This document shows positions 1-9,439 of a stretch of DNA of 56,936 nt, piece after piece. The translations under genes were made by a program, and so were the position numbers. Source of the DNA: Alphaproteobacteria bacterium (lineage in GTDB: Bacteria; Pseudomonadota; Alphaproteobacteria; Rickettsiales; UBA1997); the NCBI GenBank assembly GCA_030835745.1, contig JAUROA010000028.1, forward strand, positions 1 through 56,936, given 5' to 3'. Each line of letters starts with the position of its first letter. Within the stretch, counting starts at the first letter, position 1. The notes below the pieces were generated by a model that worked only from the letters and a program-made list of their open reading frames with translations, did no database searches and was not told where the DNA came from.

Positions 1-931
1 CTTTAGCATGTTTGATAATGCCACCTATATAATAAAGTGCTAATTTTGACAAATTAGCATGATCTTTGCCAATAAAAAGATTTTTGCCATTTTTCCAAAT
101 AGATTGATGCACATGCATACCAGAGCCATTATCAGCAAAAATTGGCTTAGGCATAAAAGTTGATGTTTTGCCATATAATTGACACATATTGTGAACAACA
201 TATTTAAATTTTTGAACATTATCTGCTGTTTGTAGCAATGAGTCATATTGAAAGCCAATTTCAAATTGCGAAGTTGCCACTTCGTGATGATGTAATATTG
301 GCTTCATATTAATTTGCGATAGCGCCTCAACAATTTCTGATCTTAAATCTTGCCCGGTATCAATTGGCGAAGCTTCAAAATATGCACTCTTAATCAGTGA
401 TCTTCTGGCAAGATTACCACCTTCGATTTTAGTAGCGTTATTATGAGGTGCCTCTTGAGAGTCAATCTCGTAAAAATTACCATGAGATTTATTGTTAAAT
501 TTAACATCGTCAAATACAAAAAATTCTGGCTCAGGACCAAAAAATGCTACATCGCCAATGCCACTTTCTTTAAGATAATTTTCAGCCTTTTTGGCAGTGT
601 CTCTCGGGTCTTTTTCATAGCCTGAATTTGTTTCAGGGTCAATGACATCGCAAATAATAACCAATGTTGAAATAGTTGTAAAAGGATCAATAAAACAACA
701 ATCAAGCTGAGGCAATAAAGTCATGTCAGAATCATTAATTGTTTTCCAGCCAGCAACAGATGACCCATCAAATGATACGCCATAATCAAGATCATGCGTC
801 GAGAGCGCATCTGCACAATGACTTATATGAAGCCACCTACCATTATAGTCGCAAAAACGAAAATCAATAAATTTTATCTCTTCTTCTTTAATTCTTTTAA
901 TAATTGATGATGATGTTACTTTATTGGTCAT
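1..931 (-). CDS. glnA: Glutamine synthetase type I, N-terminal ~310 codons (gene continues past the window start)
   Basis: Absent from the ORF track because it runs off the edge. My manual minus-strand translation from ATG (931-929) gives MTNKVTSSSIIKRIKEEEIKFIDFRF...FDGSSVAGWK...GPEPEFFVFDD...HHHEVATSQFEIGF...FMPKPIFADNGSGMHVHQSIWK. These are classic GS-I motifs with no in-frame stop down to position 2. Confidence 0.9.
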   Translation of the reverse strand, partial: MTNKVTSSSIIKRIKEEEIKFIDFRFCDYNGRWLHISHCADALSTHDLDYGVSFDGSSVAGWKTINDSDMTLLPQLDCCFIDPFTTISTLVIICDVIDPETNSGYEKDPRDTAKKAENYLKESGIGDVAFFGPEPEFFVFDDVKFNNKSHGNFYEIDSQEAPHNNATKIEGGNLARRSLIKSAYFEASPIDTGQDLRSEIVEALSQINMKPILHHHEVATSQFEIGFQYDSLLQTADNVQKFKYVVHNMCQLYGKTSTFMPKPIFADNGSGMHVHQSIWKNGKNLFIGKDHANLSKLALYYIGGIIKHAK

Positions 932-1002
932 AATTTGTAATATTGCTTTAAAAATTGTGCATTTTTTGCAAATATTACATGATGTTTTTAATAAAACTAG
1001 CT

Positions 1003-1027
1003 ATTTTTTGCATTAAATGCAAAAAAT
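1003..1027. promoter_or_regulatory. 25-bp palindrome ATTTTTTGCATT-A-AATGCAAAAAAT between ORF 1171-2676 and glnA (operator or weak AU-rich terminator)
   Basis: Read directly from the sequence. A third copy of the half-site TTTTTTGCA lies at 962-970. Confidence 0.3.
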
Positions 1028-1170
1028 ATCCTTATAAAAGCGTATATTGACATAAAATAAATCAATATATGTGAAATTTTCATATTACCATATCCTGCTC
1101 TAATCTATTTGTTCTAACCGGCGCATGAAAAAGAACTGCACAGGTTTTGAGTGGAGAGACAGAGGAAGTA

Positions 1171-2676
1171 TCATCCCCTCCCTCTACTCCCTAGCGGTGG
1201 TGACGAAGAAATAGAAATAGCAGCCCCCTCTCTACTATCTACCCTTGAAATTATTGGCCCTGGTAATAATGAAGCATGAGCATCAGCTGGTGGTGGCGAC
1301 GGAGAAATCCTCATTCTTTGACTCATTTCTTCTTTTCTTGGCATCTGTGTTATGTCTGTATTTTGACCAAGTAAAGATTCAGGTAAAAAAGTGCAGCAAT
1401 TCATCCTGAATCTACTCCACACATATGCTGATAAATAAAAAAACTTACATGGGTGGAGATAATCGTCAGATCTTAGTAAGTTTTTTGAGATATCACCATT
1501 AGCAGAATTTTTATCTTCTATATAACTTTCATAACTTTTTTTTAGTTTATTAAGTGCGTTAATTTTTTGACCTCGACCTTCTTCATCTTGATTTAACCTA
1601 GACTGACTTCTTGTTCTTACAAAATTAACCAAATTCTCATAATCTACAATATATTTATCCTCCAGACCTTGAACTCTTATTTGGCTTAAACATGCTGCAG
1701 CGAACCAAATCCCACTATTTATCAAAGGCATTACAGGAGATACATAAGTAAGATAAACATAACTACCATCATCGAAACCACCTAAACCAGACTGTTCATA
1801 GTCTCCAACTTTTTCTTTTTGCTTAATATCATCATGAAGAAAGTTATAAACCAATCCACAAACAAGTAAAGCATTTCCAGAAAAATATGACAAAAACTTA
1901 AGAAGACTAGCAGTCAGACCAATGGTCTCTAGCAAAAAGCTTTGTTTGGACAATTTTGCAATTACATCTGCATCATCATCTGCATCATATTGCCTTGGAT
2001 TGTTTGTTGCTAAATTTCTTGCTACCATTTTTAGACTTTCTATTTTTGTGCTTATCTGGCTTTGATTAAAATAACAAATCGCTGCCACATTTCTCTTTTC
2101 AATTGACTCATATATTGCTGTCAAACAACATGCTGTAGCTAGAATTATTGTGGATAAGAAATTATTTTCACCTTCTCGCCTTTCTTGCATTCTTACAAAA
2201 GATGCAATACCAAATAAAACAGAAAGAGTTATATTTCTTATCAATCTAAGTTCAGCATTTCTATTAATTTCTTTAGCCAAAATACGTTGATTACATTGGA
2301 ATCTTGCCCCTAATCTCACTACATCATCTGCGTTTTGTTCATCTATGTTTTGTTCAGCTATTTCTCCTCTTTCTTTTTCTATTTCTCTTCTTTCTTTTTC
2401 TATTTCTCTTCTTTTTTTTTCTATTTCTCTTCTTTCTTTTTCAATAAAACTATTGACAGACCTATTATTGCCTGCAAATAAATGATTTATTAATACTATA
2501 TGTAATAACATATTATGAATCATATTATGTGTTTGTTCTTCATCATCTTGTTCTCTCTCTCCATCACCCTCATTTGGTGCTTTTGTTATTTCTAGACTTG
2601 CTTCTGATGGTGGGGCTGATGGTGGGGCTGATGTTGCTGCTAGCTCTATGTCGTCAAAATTATCTTCTATACTCAT
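1171..2676 (-). CDS. Hypothetical repeat-containing membrane protein, effector-like (501 aa)
   Basis: Long ORF in an AT-rich background. It has Pro/Ser-rich, GC-elevated termini (SAPPSAPPS; SPSPPPADAH...SSSPPLGSRGRG) and an EIEKERR heptad tandem repeat. There are 4-5 hydrophobic segments, e.g. FLSTIILATACCLTAIY and FLLETIGLTASLLKFLSYFSGNALLVCGLVYNFL. I recognise no family motif. Confidence 0.6.
   Translation of the reverse strand: MSIEDNFDDIELAATSAPPSAPPSEASLEITKAPNEGDGEREQDDEEQTHNMIHNMLLHIVLINHLFAGNNRSVNSFIEKERREIEKKRREIEKERREIEKERGEIAEQNIDEQNADDVVRLGARFQCNQRILAKEINRNAELRLIRNITLSVLFGIASFVRMQERREGENNFLSTIILATACCLTAIYESIEKRNVAAICYFNQSQISTKIESLKMVARNLATNNPRQYDADDDADVIAKLSKQSFLLETIGLTASLLKFLSYFSGNALLVCGLVYNFLHDDIKQKEKVGDYEQSGLGGFDDGSYVYLTYVSPVMPLINSGIWFAAACLSQIRVQGLEDKYIVDYENLVNFVRTRSQSRLNQDEEGRGQKINALNKLKKSYESYIEDKNSANGDISKNLLRSDDYLHPCKFFYLSAYVWSRFRMNCCTFLPESLLGQNTDITQMPRKEEMSQRMRISPSPPPADAHASLLPGPIISRVDSREGAAISISSSPPLGSRGRG
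2359..2442 (-). repeat. 4 x 21-bp in-frame tandem repeat (TATTTCTCYTCTTTCTTTTTC on + strand) encoding EIEKERR/EIEKKRR heptads
   Basis: Units counted at 2359-2379, 2380-2400, 2401-2421 and 2422-2442. A second 12-bp x2.5 repeat (CTGATGGTGGGG, encoding SAPPSAPPS) lies at 2604-2633. Confidence 0.9.
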
Positions 2677-2976
2677 GTTATTTATTATTATATATTGTTT
2701 AATAATTAAATAACATCATCATATCAAAAAAATTTACAACTCTAAAGCATTATTATACTTTTTTATCTGTTAACTCTATATAAAGCTCCAAAATAATACG
2801 AAAAAACCTCTTTAATTGAATTTTAAGTTATGTTAAAGATGTGTTTTGGCATAGCATCTTATAAAATATTGCTTTATTTGCAATTAATTATATATCTCAT
2901 GATTTTAAAAAGATTAAATTTATTAATTTAAGAGATTGATTTTTAAACAATAACATCATATGATATGTAATTATGC

Positions 2977-3053
2977 GGGCCCGTAGCTCAGCTGGATAGA
3001 GCAACAGCCTTCTAAGCTGTGGGTCAGAAGTTCGAATCTTCTCGGGCTCGCCA
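2977..3053 (+). tRNA. tRNA-Arg (anticodon UCU), CCA encoded
   Basis: Cloverleaf folded by hand. Acceptor is GGGCCCG/CGGGCTC (one G-U pair), followed by U8A9. D arm is GCTCAGCTGGATAGAGC, anticodon stem-loop ACAGC-CTTCTAA-GCTGT, T arm AGAAG-TTCGAAT-CTTCT, ending GCCA. Confidence 0.9.
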
Positions 3054-3140
3054 TTAAATTTATCGCCTCAAACTATATCAATCTTTTATAGATTTTTTCT
3101 TGGCACCTTCCTTGACCTCTTCCTTAACCCCTTACTTAGA

Positions 3141-3175
3141 CTATTTTCTAGCTTATTTTCTAGCTTATTTTCTAT
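3141..3175. repeat. ~3 x 12-bp tandem repeat CTTATTTTCTAG inside a pyrimidine-skewed non-coding tract (3090-3250)
   Basis: Read directly: ctattttctag cttattttctag cttattttctat. Confidence 0.8.
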
Positions 3176-3295
3176 GGCACTCTTTCACTCTTTTTTGTCG
3201 TCTCTTTTTGATTTACTACCCCTGCCCCTGGCGACTCCTCTGGCCATCAAGAATTTAATATTAATTCAATTAATTAAAAATAATTTGAGAATAAA

Positions 3296-6085
3296 TTAAT
3301 ATTTATTCATAATTCTAGATAAATGCTTATAGCTATCATATTGATCATCTTTGATAGCTTTAAATTTATTATCATCTAGAAAATAATGATTAACAATATT
3401 GCTAATATTTATTCTTGCATCATCAATTAAATTATATAATTCACTATCATTGCAGCATGATTTGATAATATTATTTTTATTTGATAGCTTCCAATATTTC
3501 AAATATTTAATATTGGTAAAATTATTGTTATGCGCCAATAATGCTGCAATTATTAATTGAGGCTCCTTAAGTAGTTCAACATCTTTTTTTGTTGGCAATA
3601 TACCTGTTTTGTAATCAATTATTTCAACAGATTTGTCATTATTTATTATTATACGATCTATCTTGCCATAAATCTTCTTGCCTGATATATTAGTCTCTAA
3701 ATATTGCTCTAATAAATTTTTGCAATTCTTAAATTGTTCATTATCTTTGATAAAATTCTTATAAATTTTTTTAAATTTAGGCCACCATATTAGCCATGAA
3801 TCAGTAGCTGAAAAATATTTAGTAAATATTTCATGATAAATATCAGGATCAGAATTGGAGTTTTTTTGAGCAATATCAATTTCTAGAACTTTGTGAACAA
3901 AACTACCAAACTCTGCAAAAGATGGTTCGTAATTTATTATGGGTAATTCGTGTAAATTAAGAATTTTTTTGGCATATATATAATAAGGATTATGAATTAA
4001 TTTAACAATTTCTGTGATTGAAATTTTATCAATATTTAACTGATAGCGATAGCCATTAAATTCATGATCAATATTATTCTTAACTTGAAAAAGTCTCTTT
4101 TCTTTTATTGGAGATAATGATATCGCAAAAAACTGACAAAATAATTGAAATCTTAGCCAAAATTGAGAAGGAGCTTTAACTGAATTATTGCCAGATTGAT
4201 GGCGGGATAATATTACCTTTGGCAAAGATAAATAGTGACAAAAATCACAAGCATTGACCCCTATCTGCTTGAGAGAATTTTCAATATTTAAAGATTTTCT
4301 AATTTTTTTCCCCAACCAACTCTCTCCCTCTCTTTTAGGAAAGACACCATCATTTAATGCGCATAAAATAACAATATCACAATTGATCATTCTGGCCTCA
4401 ATGGGCGATAATAATTGTATATTTAAATTAGAATTGGTTTTTTCAAAAAAACTGTAATTTTTAGCAATATCTTTAAAGATATTAACAAATTGATTGTAAT
4501 TACATGTTAAATTTTGCTTGCTCAAATGAGCAAAAAAATCAAAAAGCTCATTTGCTGCCAATGAACTACTTATTAATTTAAACAAGCTTTCATTGGTTAA
4601 ATTTTCTATTATCTTTTGAATTATTTTAAAATGACTTGAAATTGAAGCAACTTTATTTTCAAAGATGAAAATATCTTCATTAAATGACTGCCAAAAATAA
4701 CTTAATTCATTATCTTTTAGCTGTTTAACTTTTAAGTCTATTGCTCTTGAAGATTTTTCACTCAACTGCTGACGCAATATCTCTGTCTCAAATTTCAATA
4801 ATATTTCTTCATTTTTGCTATATTTACATAGCTTATTTTTTACAATAGCAAGAAATAAATTTGCATCAAATTCGCTGGTTAAGTAATCATTGATTAAGTC
4901 AATAAATATTAATAAGTCCTGATTAATTATTTTTTGCGATATACCATTGTTAAAAGGAATTTGCCTAATTTTTAACTGCTTTATTAAAATGCTTAAAAAA
5001 TTATCATCTCCTGATATTATAGCTATTTTTTTATCTATTTTATTGGCCAATATATTGCATATTTGAAAAGCCTCTTCATATTCATTATGCCCTTGAATCA
5101 AAGTAAAATTTTGCACTATATCATGTTGTAAATTTTTTATATCAAGCTTTTCTTTAATATTTTGCAATTCTCTAATATTGCCACTATCTAAAAAAATATT
5201 ATCAGTTAATATTTTTCTGATTTTACGATTTGGATTTACATTAAACTCTTCCAGATTTACCAAAATATTATTTTTCAATCCTAAATCTTTTATCAGCTTA
5301 TTATTATAAAATTGAGGATTACTCTCTTTGGCATTATTAACATTTATGTAATTATTTAAAATTATAACACCTTTTTCTTGATTATTGATTTCTGTAATTA
5401 AGTCGCGATTTATTTTTGAAGACCCCCTTGAGCCACCAACTATTAATGGTTTAGCTAATTTATAAGATTTTATTAAATTAATTATTTGCGTTAATATAAA
5501 ATTACCTCTATCGCTACTTAAGATTATTTTATCTTTGAGCAAGTTATTTTTAATATTGGCGTAAAATTCAACTAAAAAATTTAGCGTTAATTGACGATGG
5601 CTTGATAAATTAGAATCATCAATTTCATTCCATTTAATTTCTAAAATCGATTCTTGAGCAATATCATTAAAAAAATATCTCAAATTTTTTGCAATTGATA
5701 CAGCTTTGTCTATATTGTTATTGCAAGCAAAAATTTGATTTTTAACAACAATATTGGCAATGTAAAAAATTTCTTCAACTTCACTTAAAATTTTATATTC
5801 AAGATAATTTGAAATCGCTAAATTAATTTCTTCTTTTGCAGCTTTACTAGAGGAATCAGCCAACCAAAAATCATTATAGTCAATTTCTGAGATAGTTTTA
5901 ATTTGCGGTAAAAAAATATTAGAGTCATCTACAATAAAACAGTTTTTCAAATCTCGACAAAGTCTCTTACTAGTAAGCAAAATAACTACATTAGATATAT
6001 CGCTATAATTTGTAGTAATAAAGTTATATAATTCTTGGCAATAATTTTGATATGATGAAATATTGTAAATTTTTTTACCATTCAT
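3296..6085 (-). CDS. addB: Double-strand break repair protein AddB (alphaproteobacterial type)
   Basis: 929 aa. C-terminal PD-(D/E)XK nuclease motif GKIDRIIINNDKSVEIIDYKTG, with a degenerate helicase-like N-terminal region. Overall length and layout fit AddB. Confidence 0.7.
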   Translation of the reverse strand: MNGKKIYNISSYQNYCQELYNFITTNYSDISNVVILLTSKRLCRDLKNCFIVDDSNIFLPQIKTISEIDYNDFWLADSSSKAAKEEINLAISNYLEYKILSEVEEIFYIANIVVKNQIFACNNNIDKAVSIAKNLRYFFNDIAQESILEIKWNEIDDSNLSSHRQLTLNFLVEFYANIKNNLLKDKIILSSDRGNFILTQIINLIKSYKLAKPLIVGGSRGSSKINRDLITEINNQEKGVIILNNYINVNNAKESNPQFYNNKLIKDLGLKNNILVNLEEFNVNPNRKIRKILTDNIFLDSGNIRELQNIKEKLDIKNLQHDIVQNFTLIQGHNEYEEAFQICNILANKIDKKIAIISGDDNFLSILIKQLKIRQIPFNNGISQKIINQDLLIFIDLINDYLTSEFDANLFLAIVKNKLCKYSKNEEILLKFETEILRQQLSEKSSRAIDLKVKQLKDNELSYFWQSFNEDIFIFENKVASISSHFKIIQKIIENLTNESLFKLISSSLAANELFDFFAHLSKQNLTCNYNQFVNIFKDIAKNYSFFEKTNSNLNIQLLSPIEARMINCDIVILCALNDGVFPKREGESWLGKKIRKSLNIENSLKQIGVNACDFCHYLSLPKVILSRHQSGNNSVKAPSQFWLRFQLFCQFFAISLSPIKEKRLFQVKNNIDHEFNGYRYQLNIDKISITEIVKLIHNPYYIYAKKILNLHELPIINYEPSFAEFGSFVHKVLEIDIAQKNSNSDPDIYHEIFTKYFSATDSWLIWWPKFKKIYKNFIKDNEQFKNCKNLLEQYLETNISGKKIYGKIDRIIINNDKSVEIIDYKTGILPTKKDVELLKEPQLIIAALLAHNNNFTNIKYLKYWKLSNKNNIIKSCCNDSELYNLIDDARINISNIVNHYFLDDNKFKAIKDDQYDSYKHLSRIMNKY

Positions 6086-6276
6086 TGATAAATATATTTG
6101 AATTTTGGTCCATAAAATAAAATTGACTTAATTTATCCTATATTTAGATTTGAAATTAATTATAGTAATTTGGCTTTAATTATTTTGTTAAATTATAGCT
6201 ATTATAATAGAGGTCATCTTAAAATGTTTTTGATATTATATAGCAATAAATTTACAACCAAATTTTAACTAAGTAA

Positions 6277-7533
6277 ATGAAAATTTTAATCCTAGGAGCC
6301 GGAGTTATTGGTGTGACATCAGCTTACTACTTAGCTAAAGATGGACATGATGTTACCGTGATTGACGCCAATGAATTGCCTGCAATGGGATGTTCTTATG
6401 GCAATGGTTGTCAGTTAAGCTTCTGTCACATTGAGCCTTGGGCCAATAAGTCTTTTATTATTAATATATTAAAAAATATATTTTTTTGCAAAAGCTCAAT
6501 TTCTATTAATAATGTTGCTAGTAAAAAATTTTTATGTTGGCTATATTATTTCTTTATCAATTCAATAAGCACTAATGCTATTAGAAATAGTAAAAATCTA
6601 TATAAGATTTCATCTTATAGCAGAGAGCTTTTTTTAAAAATTATTGCTGAAGAAAATATTGATTTTAACTTTAATAATAAAGGAATTCTTCACTTCTTTA
6701 GAAGTGACAATGAATTGCAAAAAGCTATTTCATTTTATAAAAATATTGGCATAAGTCACGAATTTGAAATTTTAAATCGTGATCAAACTCTTGAAAAAGA
6801 GCCAAGCCTATCTCAAATTGAAGTTAAATCCTCTCTTGCGGGCGCTCTTTTTTTTAAGAATGACTATTCTGGAAATTGCAAATTATTTACTCGCAATTTA
6901 GCCAATATATGCCAGAACAAATATAAAGTTAAATTCATATATAACAGTAAGATCAATAACATATTTACTAATAAAAAGAAAATAACTGGTATAAATACAG
7001 AAAGTGGCGTATTATATGCTGATAATTATGTCTATGCCCTTGGTTATAATGGCTTAGACCTACTTAAAGGGATTAATGTAATTCCAAAAATATCAGCAAT
7101 TAAAGGATATAGCATATCATCTGATATAGCAAATATTAATAACTGCCCTAAGATTGCAATATGCGATACAAAAAATAGAATTGTCTATAGTAGAATCGAT
7201 AACATATATAGAATTGCTGGTTTTGCTGAAATCAATAATAATAATGCTAATATAGATCTGGGCAAAATAAAACTTATCAAAAATATTGCCCAAAACTCAT
7301 TCCAAAATATTGGTAAAATTAATGAAAAATCTAAATGGGCTGGCCTAAGGCCTGTATCTTTTAATTCTTTACCAATCATAAAATGCGAAAAAAAATATGG
7401 CAATTTATACATAAACACTGGCCATGGATCTTTAGGCTGGACTCTAAGCCTTGCTTCAGGAATGATACTTAACTTTTTAATAGCAAACAAATTACCGGAA
7501 AGATTTGCTTTTTTAAAAAAAAATAAATATTAA
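6277..7533 (+). CDS. dadA: D-amino acid dehydrogenase / FAD-dependent oxidoreductase (DadA family)
   Basis: N-terminal FAD Rossmann motif MKILILGAGVIGVTSAYYLAKDGHDVTVID and C-terminal NTGHGSLGWT. The 418 aa are collinear with E. coli DadA as I recall it. Confidence 0.75.
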   Translation: MKILILGAGVIGVTSAYYLAKDGHDVTVIDANELPAMGCSYGNGCQLSFCHIEPWANKSFIINILKNIFFCKSSISINNVASKKFLCWLYYFFINSISTNAIRNSKNLYKISSYSRELFLKIIAEENIDFNFNNKGILHFFRSDNELQKAISFYKNIGISHEFEILNRDQTLEKEPSLSQIEVKSSLAGALFFKNDYSGNCKLFTRNLANICQNKYKVKFIYNSKINNIFTNKKKITGINTESGVLYADNYVYALGYNGLDLLKGINVIPKISAIKGYSISSDIANINNCPKIAICDTKNRIVYSRIDNIYRIAGFAEINNNNANIDLGKIKLIKNIAQNSFQNIGKINEKSKWAGLRPVSFNSLPIIKCEKKYGNLYINTGHGSLGWTLSLASGMILNFLIANKLPERFAFLKKNKY

Positions 7534-7559
7534 TTTTATTTTTAATTTAAATATAAATA

Positions 7560-8039
7560 ATGAAAATTTTATTTGTTTGTACCGGAAATATTTGCCGCTC
7601 TCCAACTGCAGAAGCAATTGCTCGTCATAAAGCTCATGTTTTTCAGGTAACTGATAAATTTACTTTTGATTCTGCAGGAATTAATAATAAGCATTCTGGT
7701 AAATCTCCAGATCCAAGGGCAGTAGCAACTGGAAGTAAATATTGCATCTCATTTGATGGAATAAAAGCTAGACAATTGCAAAAAGAAGATTTTGCAAATT
7801 TTGACTTAATATTAACCATGGATCATGGTCATTACACCTCTGCCATGGAGCTTTGTCCTGAAGAATATAAAAATAAGGTTCATCTTTTATTGCAATATTG
7901 CAATGTAGAAAATAATTGGGATGACGAAGTTTTTGACCCTTATTATCGCTCTAATAGTGGCTTTGATGAAGTATTTGTCATGATAGATCAAGCTATTAAA
8001 AATCTTTTCGAGCAAGAAAGAGAAAAAGAGTCATTTTAA
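7560..8039 (+). CDS. Low-molecular-weight protein-tyrosine phosphatase
   Basis: P-loop CTGNICRSP (C-X5-R-S) at the N-terminus and a DPYY Asp loop; 159 aa. Confidence 0.85.
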   Translation: MKILFVCTGNICRSPTAEAIARHKAHVFQVTDKFTFDSAGINNKHSGKSPDPRAVATGSKYCISFDGIKARQLQKEDFANFDLILTMDHGHYTSAMELCPEEYKNKVHLLLQYCNVENNWDDEVFDPYYRSNSGFDEVFVMIDQAIKNLFEQEREKESF

Positions 8040-8059
8040 ATTAGTGTGTAATATCTGCT

Positions 8060-9358
8060 TTATTTTCTATTATTAATTTTAACAAAATCTCTATTTTTTT
8101 GCCCCATATAGAGCTGTCTTGGGCGTCCAATTTTAAATTTTGGATCTTCTATCATCTCTTTCCACTGACATATCCAGCCAGCAGATCTAGCTATAGCAAA
8201 AATTACTGTGAATAAATTTGATGGAATTCCCAAAGCTTTATATATGATGCCTGAATAAAAATCAACATTAGGAAATAATTTTCTATCTATAAAATATTTA
8301 TCATTTAAAGCAATTTTTTCTAGCTCAAGTGCAATATTTAACAAAGGATCATTTTTAACCCCTAATTCAGATAATACTTCATGACATGCTTTTTTTAAAA
8401 CAGCAGCTCTTGGATCGTAATTTTTATATACTCTGTGACCAAATCCCATTAATCTAAATGAATCATCCTTATCTTTTGCTTTTTTTATAAAATGAGGAAT
8501 ATTTTTAATTGAACCAATTTCTTGTAGCATTTCAATTACTTCCTCATTGGCGCCACCATGTGCCGGACCCCATAATGATGATATGCCAGCTCCAATACAA
8601 GCAAATGGATTAGCTCCAGAAGATCCAGCAAGCCTAACTGTTGATGTAGAAGCATTTTGCTCGTGATCAGCATGTAAAATAAAGATCATTTCCATTGCTT
8701 TTGCTATTACTGGACTTACTTTATATTGTTCAAGAGGCGTTGCAAATAACATATGTAAGAAATTTTCAGCAAATCCTAGCTCTGATTTTGGATATATAAT
8801 CGGCTCTCCTATCGAATATTTATAAGCCATTGCTGCAAGGGAAGGCATTTTAGCAATAATTTGATATACCACATCAAGTCGCCCTTTTTGGCAAGTAATA
8901 TCCATAGAGTCATGATAAAATGCCGACAAAGATGCAACAGCACCAACCATAATTGCCATAGGGTGGGCTTTACGCGGAAAACCACGATATAAAATTGCAA
9001 TCTGCTCATGAACTAGCATATTATTTTTGATATTTTTCTCAAAATCTGCAAAATCACTCTTATTAGGCAACTCTCTATTAAGCAATAAATATGCCACTTC
9101 TAAATAGTTACAATTTGCTGCTAAATCTTCAATTGCGTACCCTGCATGACTTAATATGCCCTTTTCACCATCAATATATGTAATTTTTGATTCACATGAG
9201 GCTGTTGCCAGATAGCCGGGATCATATGTAAACATGCCACTTTCTTTGTAAAGAGAAGTAATATCAATTACATCTTGTCCTTGCGATGCTTGATAAATTG
9301 GCAAACTTATTTCTTTGCCATTAGGTAATTTTATTGAAGCGTTATTTGACTTTGTCAT
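8060..9358 (-). CDS. gltA: Citrate synthase
   Basis: 432 aa; motifs [11 protein letters not shown] and [14 protein letters not shown]. Confidence 0.95.
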   Translation of the reverse strand: MTKSNNASIKLPNGKEISLPIYQASQGQDVIDITSLYKESGMFTYDPGYLATASCESKITYIDGEKGILSHAGYAIEDLAANCNYLEVAYLLLNRELPNKSDFADFEKNIKNNMLVHEQIAILYRGFPRKAHPMAIMVGAVASLSAFYHDSMDITCQKGRLDVVYQIIAKMPSLAAMAYKYSIGEPIIYPKSELGFAENFLHMLFATPLEQYKVSPVIAKAMEMIFILHADHEQNASTSTVRLAGSSGANPFACIGAGISSLWGPAHGGANEEVIEMLQEIGSIKNIPHFIKKAKDKDDSFRLMGFGHRVYKNYDPRAAVLKKACHEVLSELGVKNDPLLNIALELEKIALNDKYFIDRKLFPNVDFYSGIIYKALGIPSNLFTVIFAIARSAGWICQWKEMIEDPKFKIGRPRQLYMGQKNRDFVKINNRK

Positions 9359-9439
9359 ATTTTACAATTATAATTATTTAATCTTAATAATTTTATTATT
9401 AAATGGCGATAAATAAAGATAAAGATATAAATTAAAAAA

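Noticed and set aside
40-625. Track ORFs 40-264 (minus strand) and 443-625 (plus strand).
   Set aside because: Both lie inside the glnA coding region in other frames and have nonsense-like translations. The real gene is the edge-truncated glnA frame.
3086-3247. A small basic ORF (MARGVARGRGSKSKRDDKKE, 3185-3247) that could extend to 53 codons if its TGA were read through or recoded as Trp.
   Set aside because: TGA is clearly used as a stop in this genome (at the ends of mnmA and znuC). I saw no SD and no supporting homology. The purine richness of that strand explains the open frame.
3058-3258. A 66-codon stop-free frame on the + strand downstream of tRNA-Arg that encodes a hydrophobic peptide (…LDYFLAYFLAYFLWHSFTLFCRLFLIYYPCPW…).
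   Set aside because: There is no ATG, only an internal TTG. The frame is open simply because the strand is nearly devoid of A and G, so stop codons cannot form.
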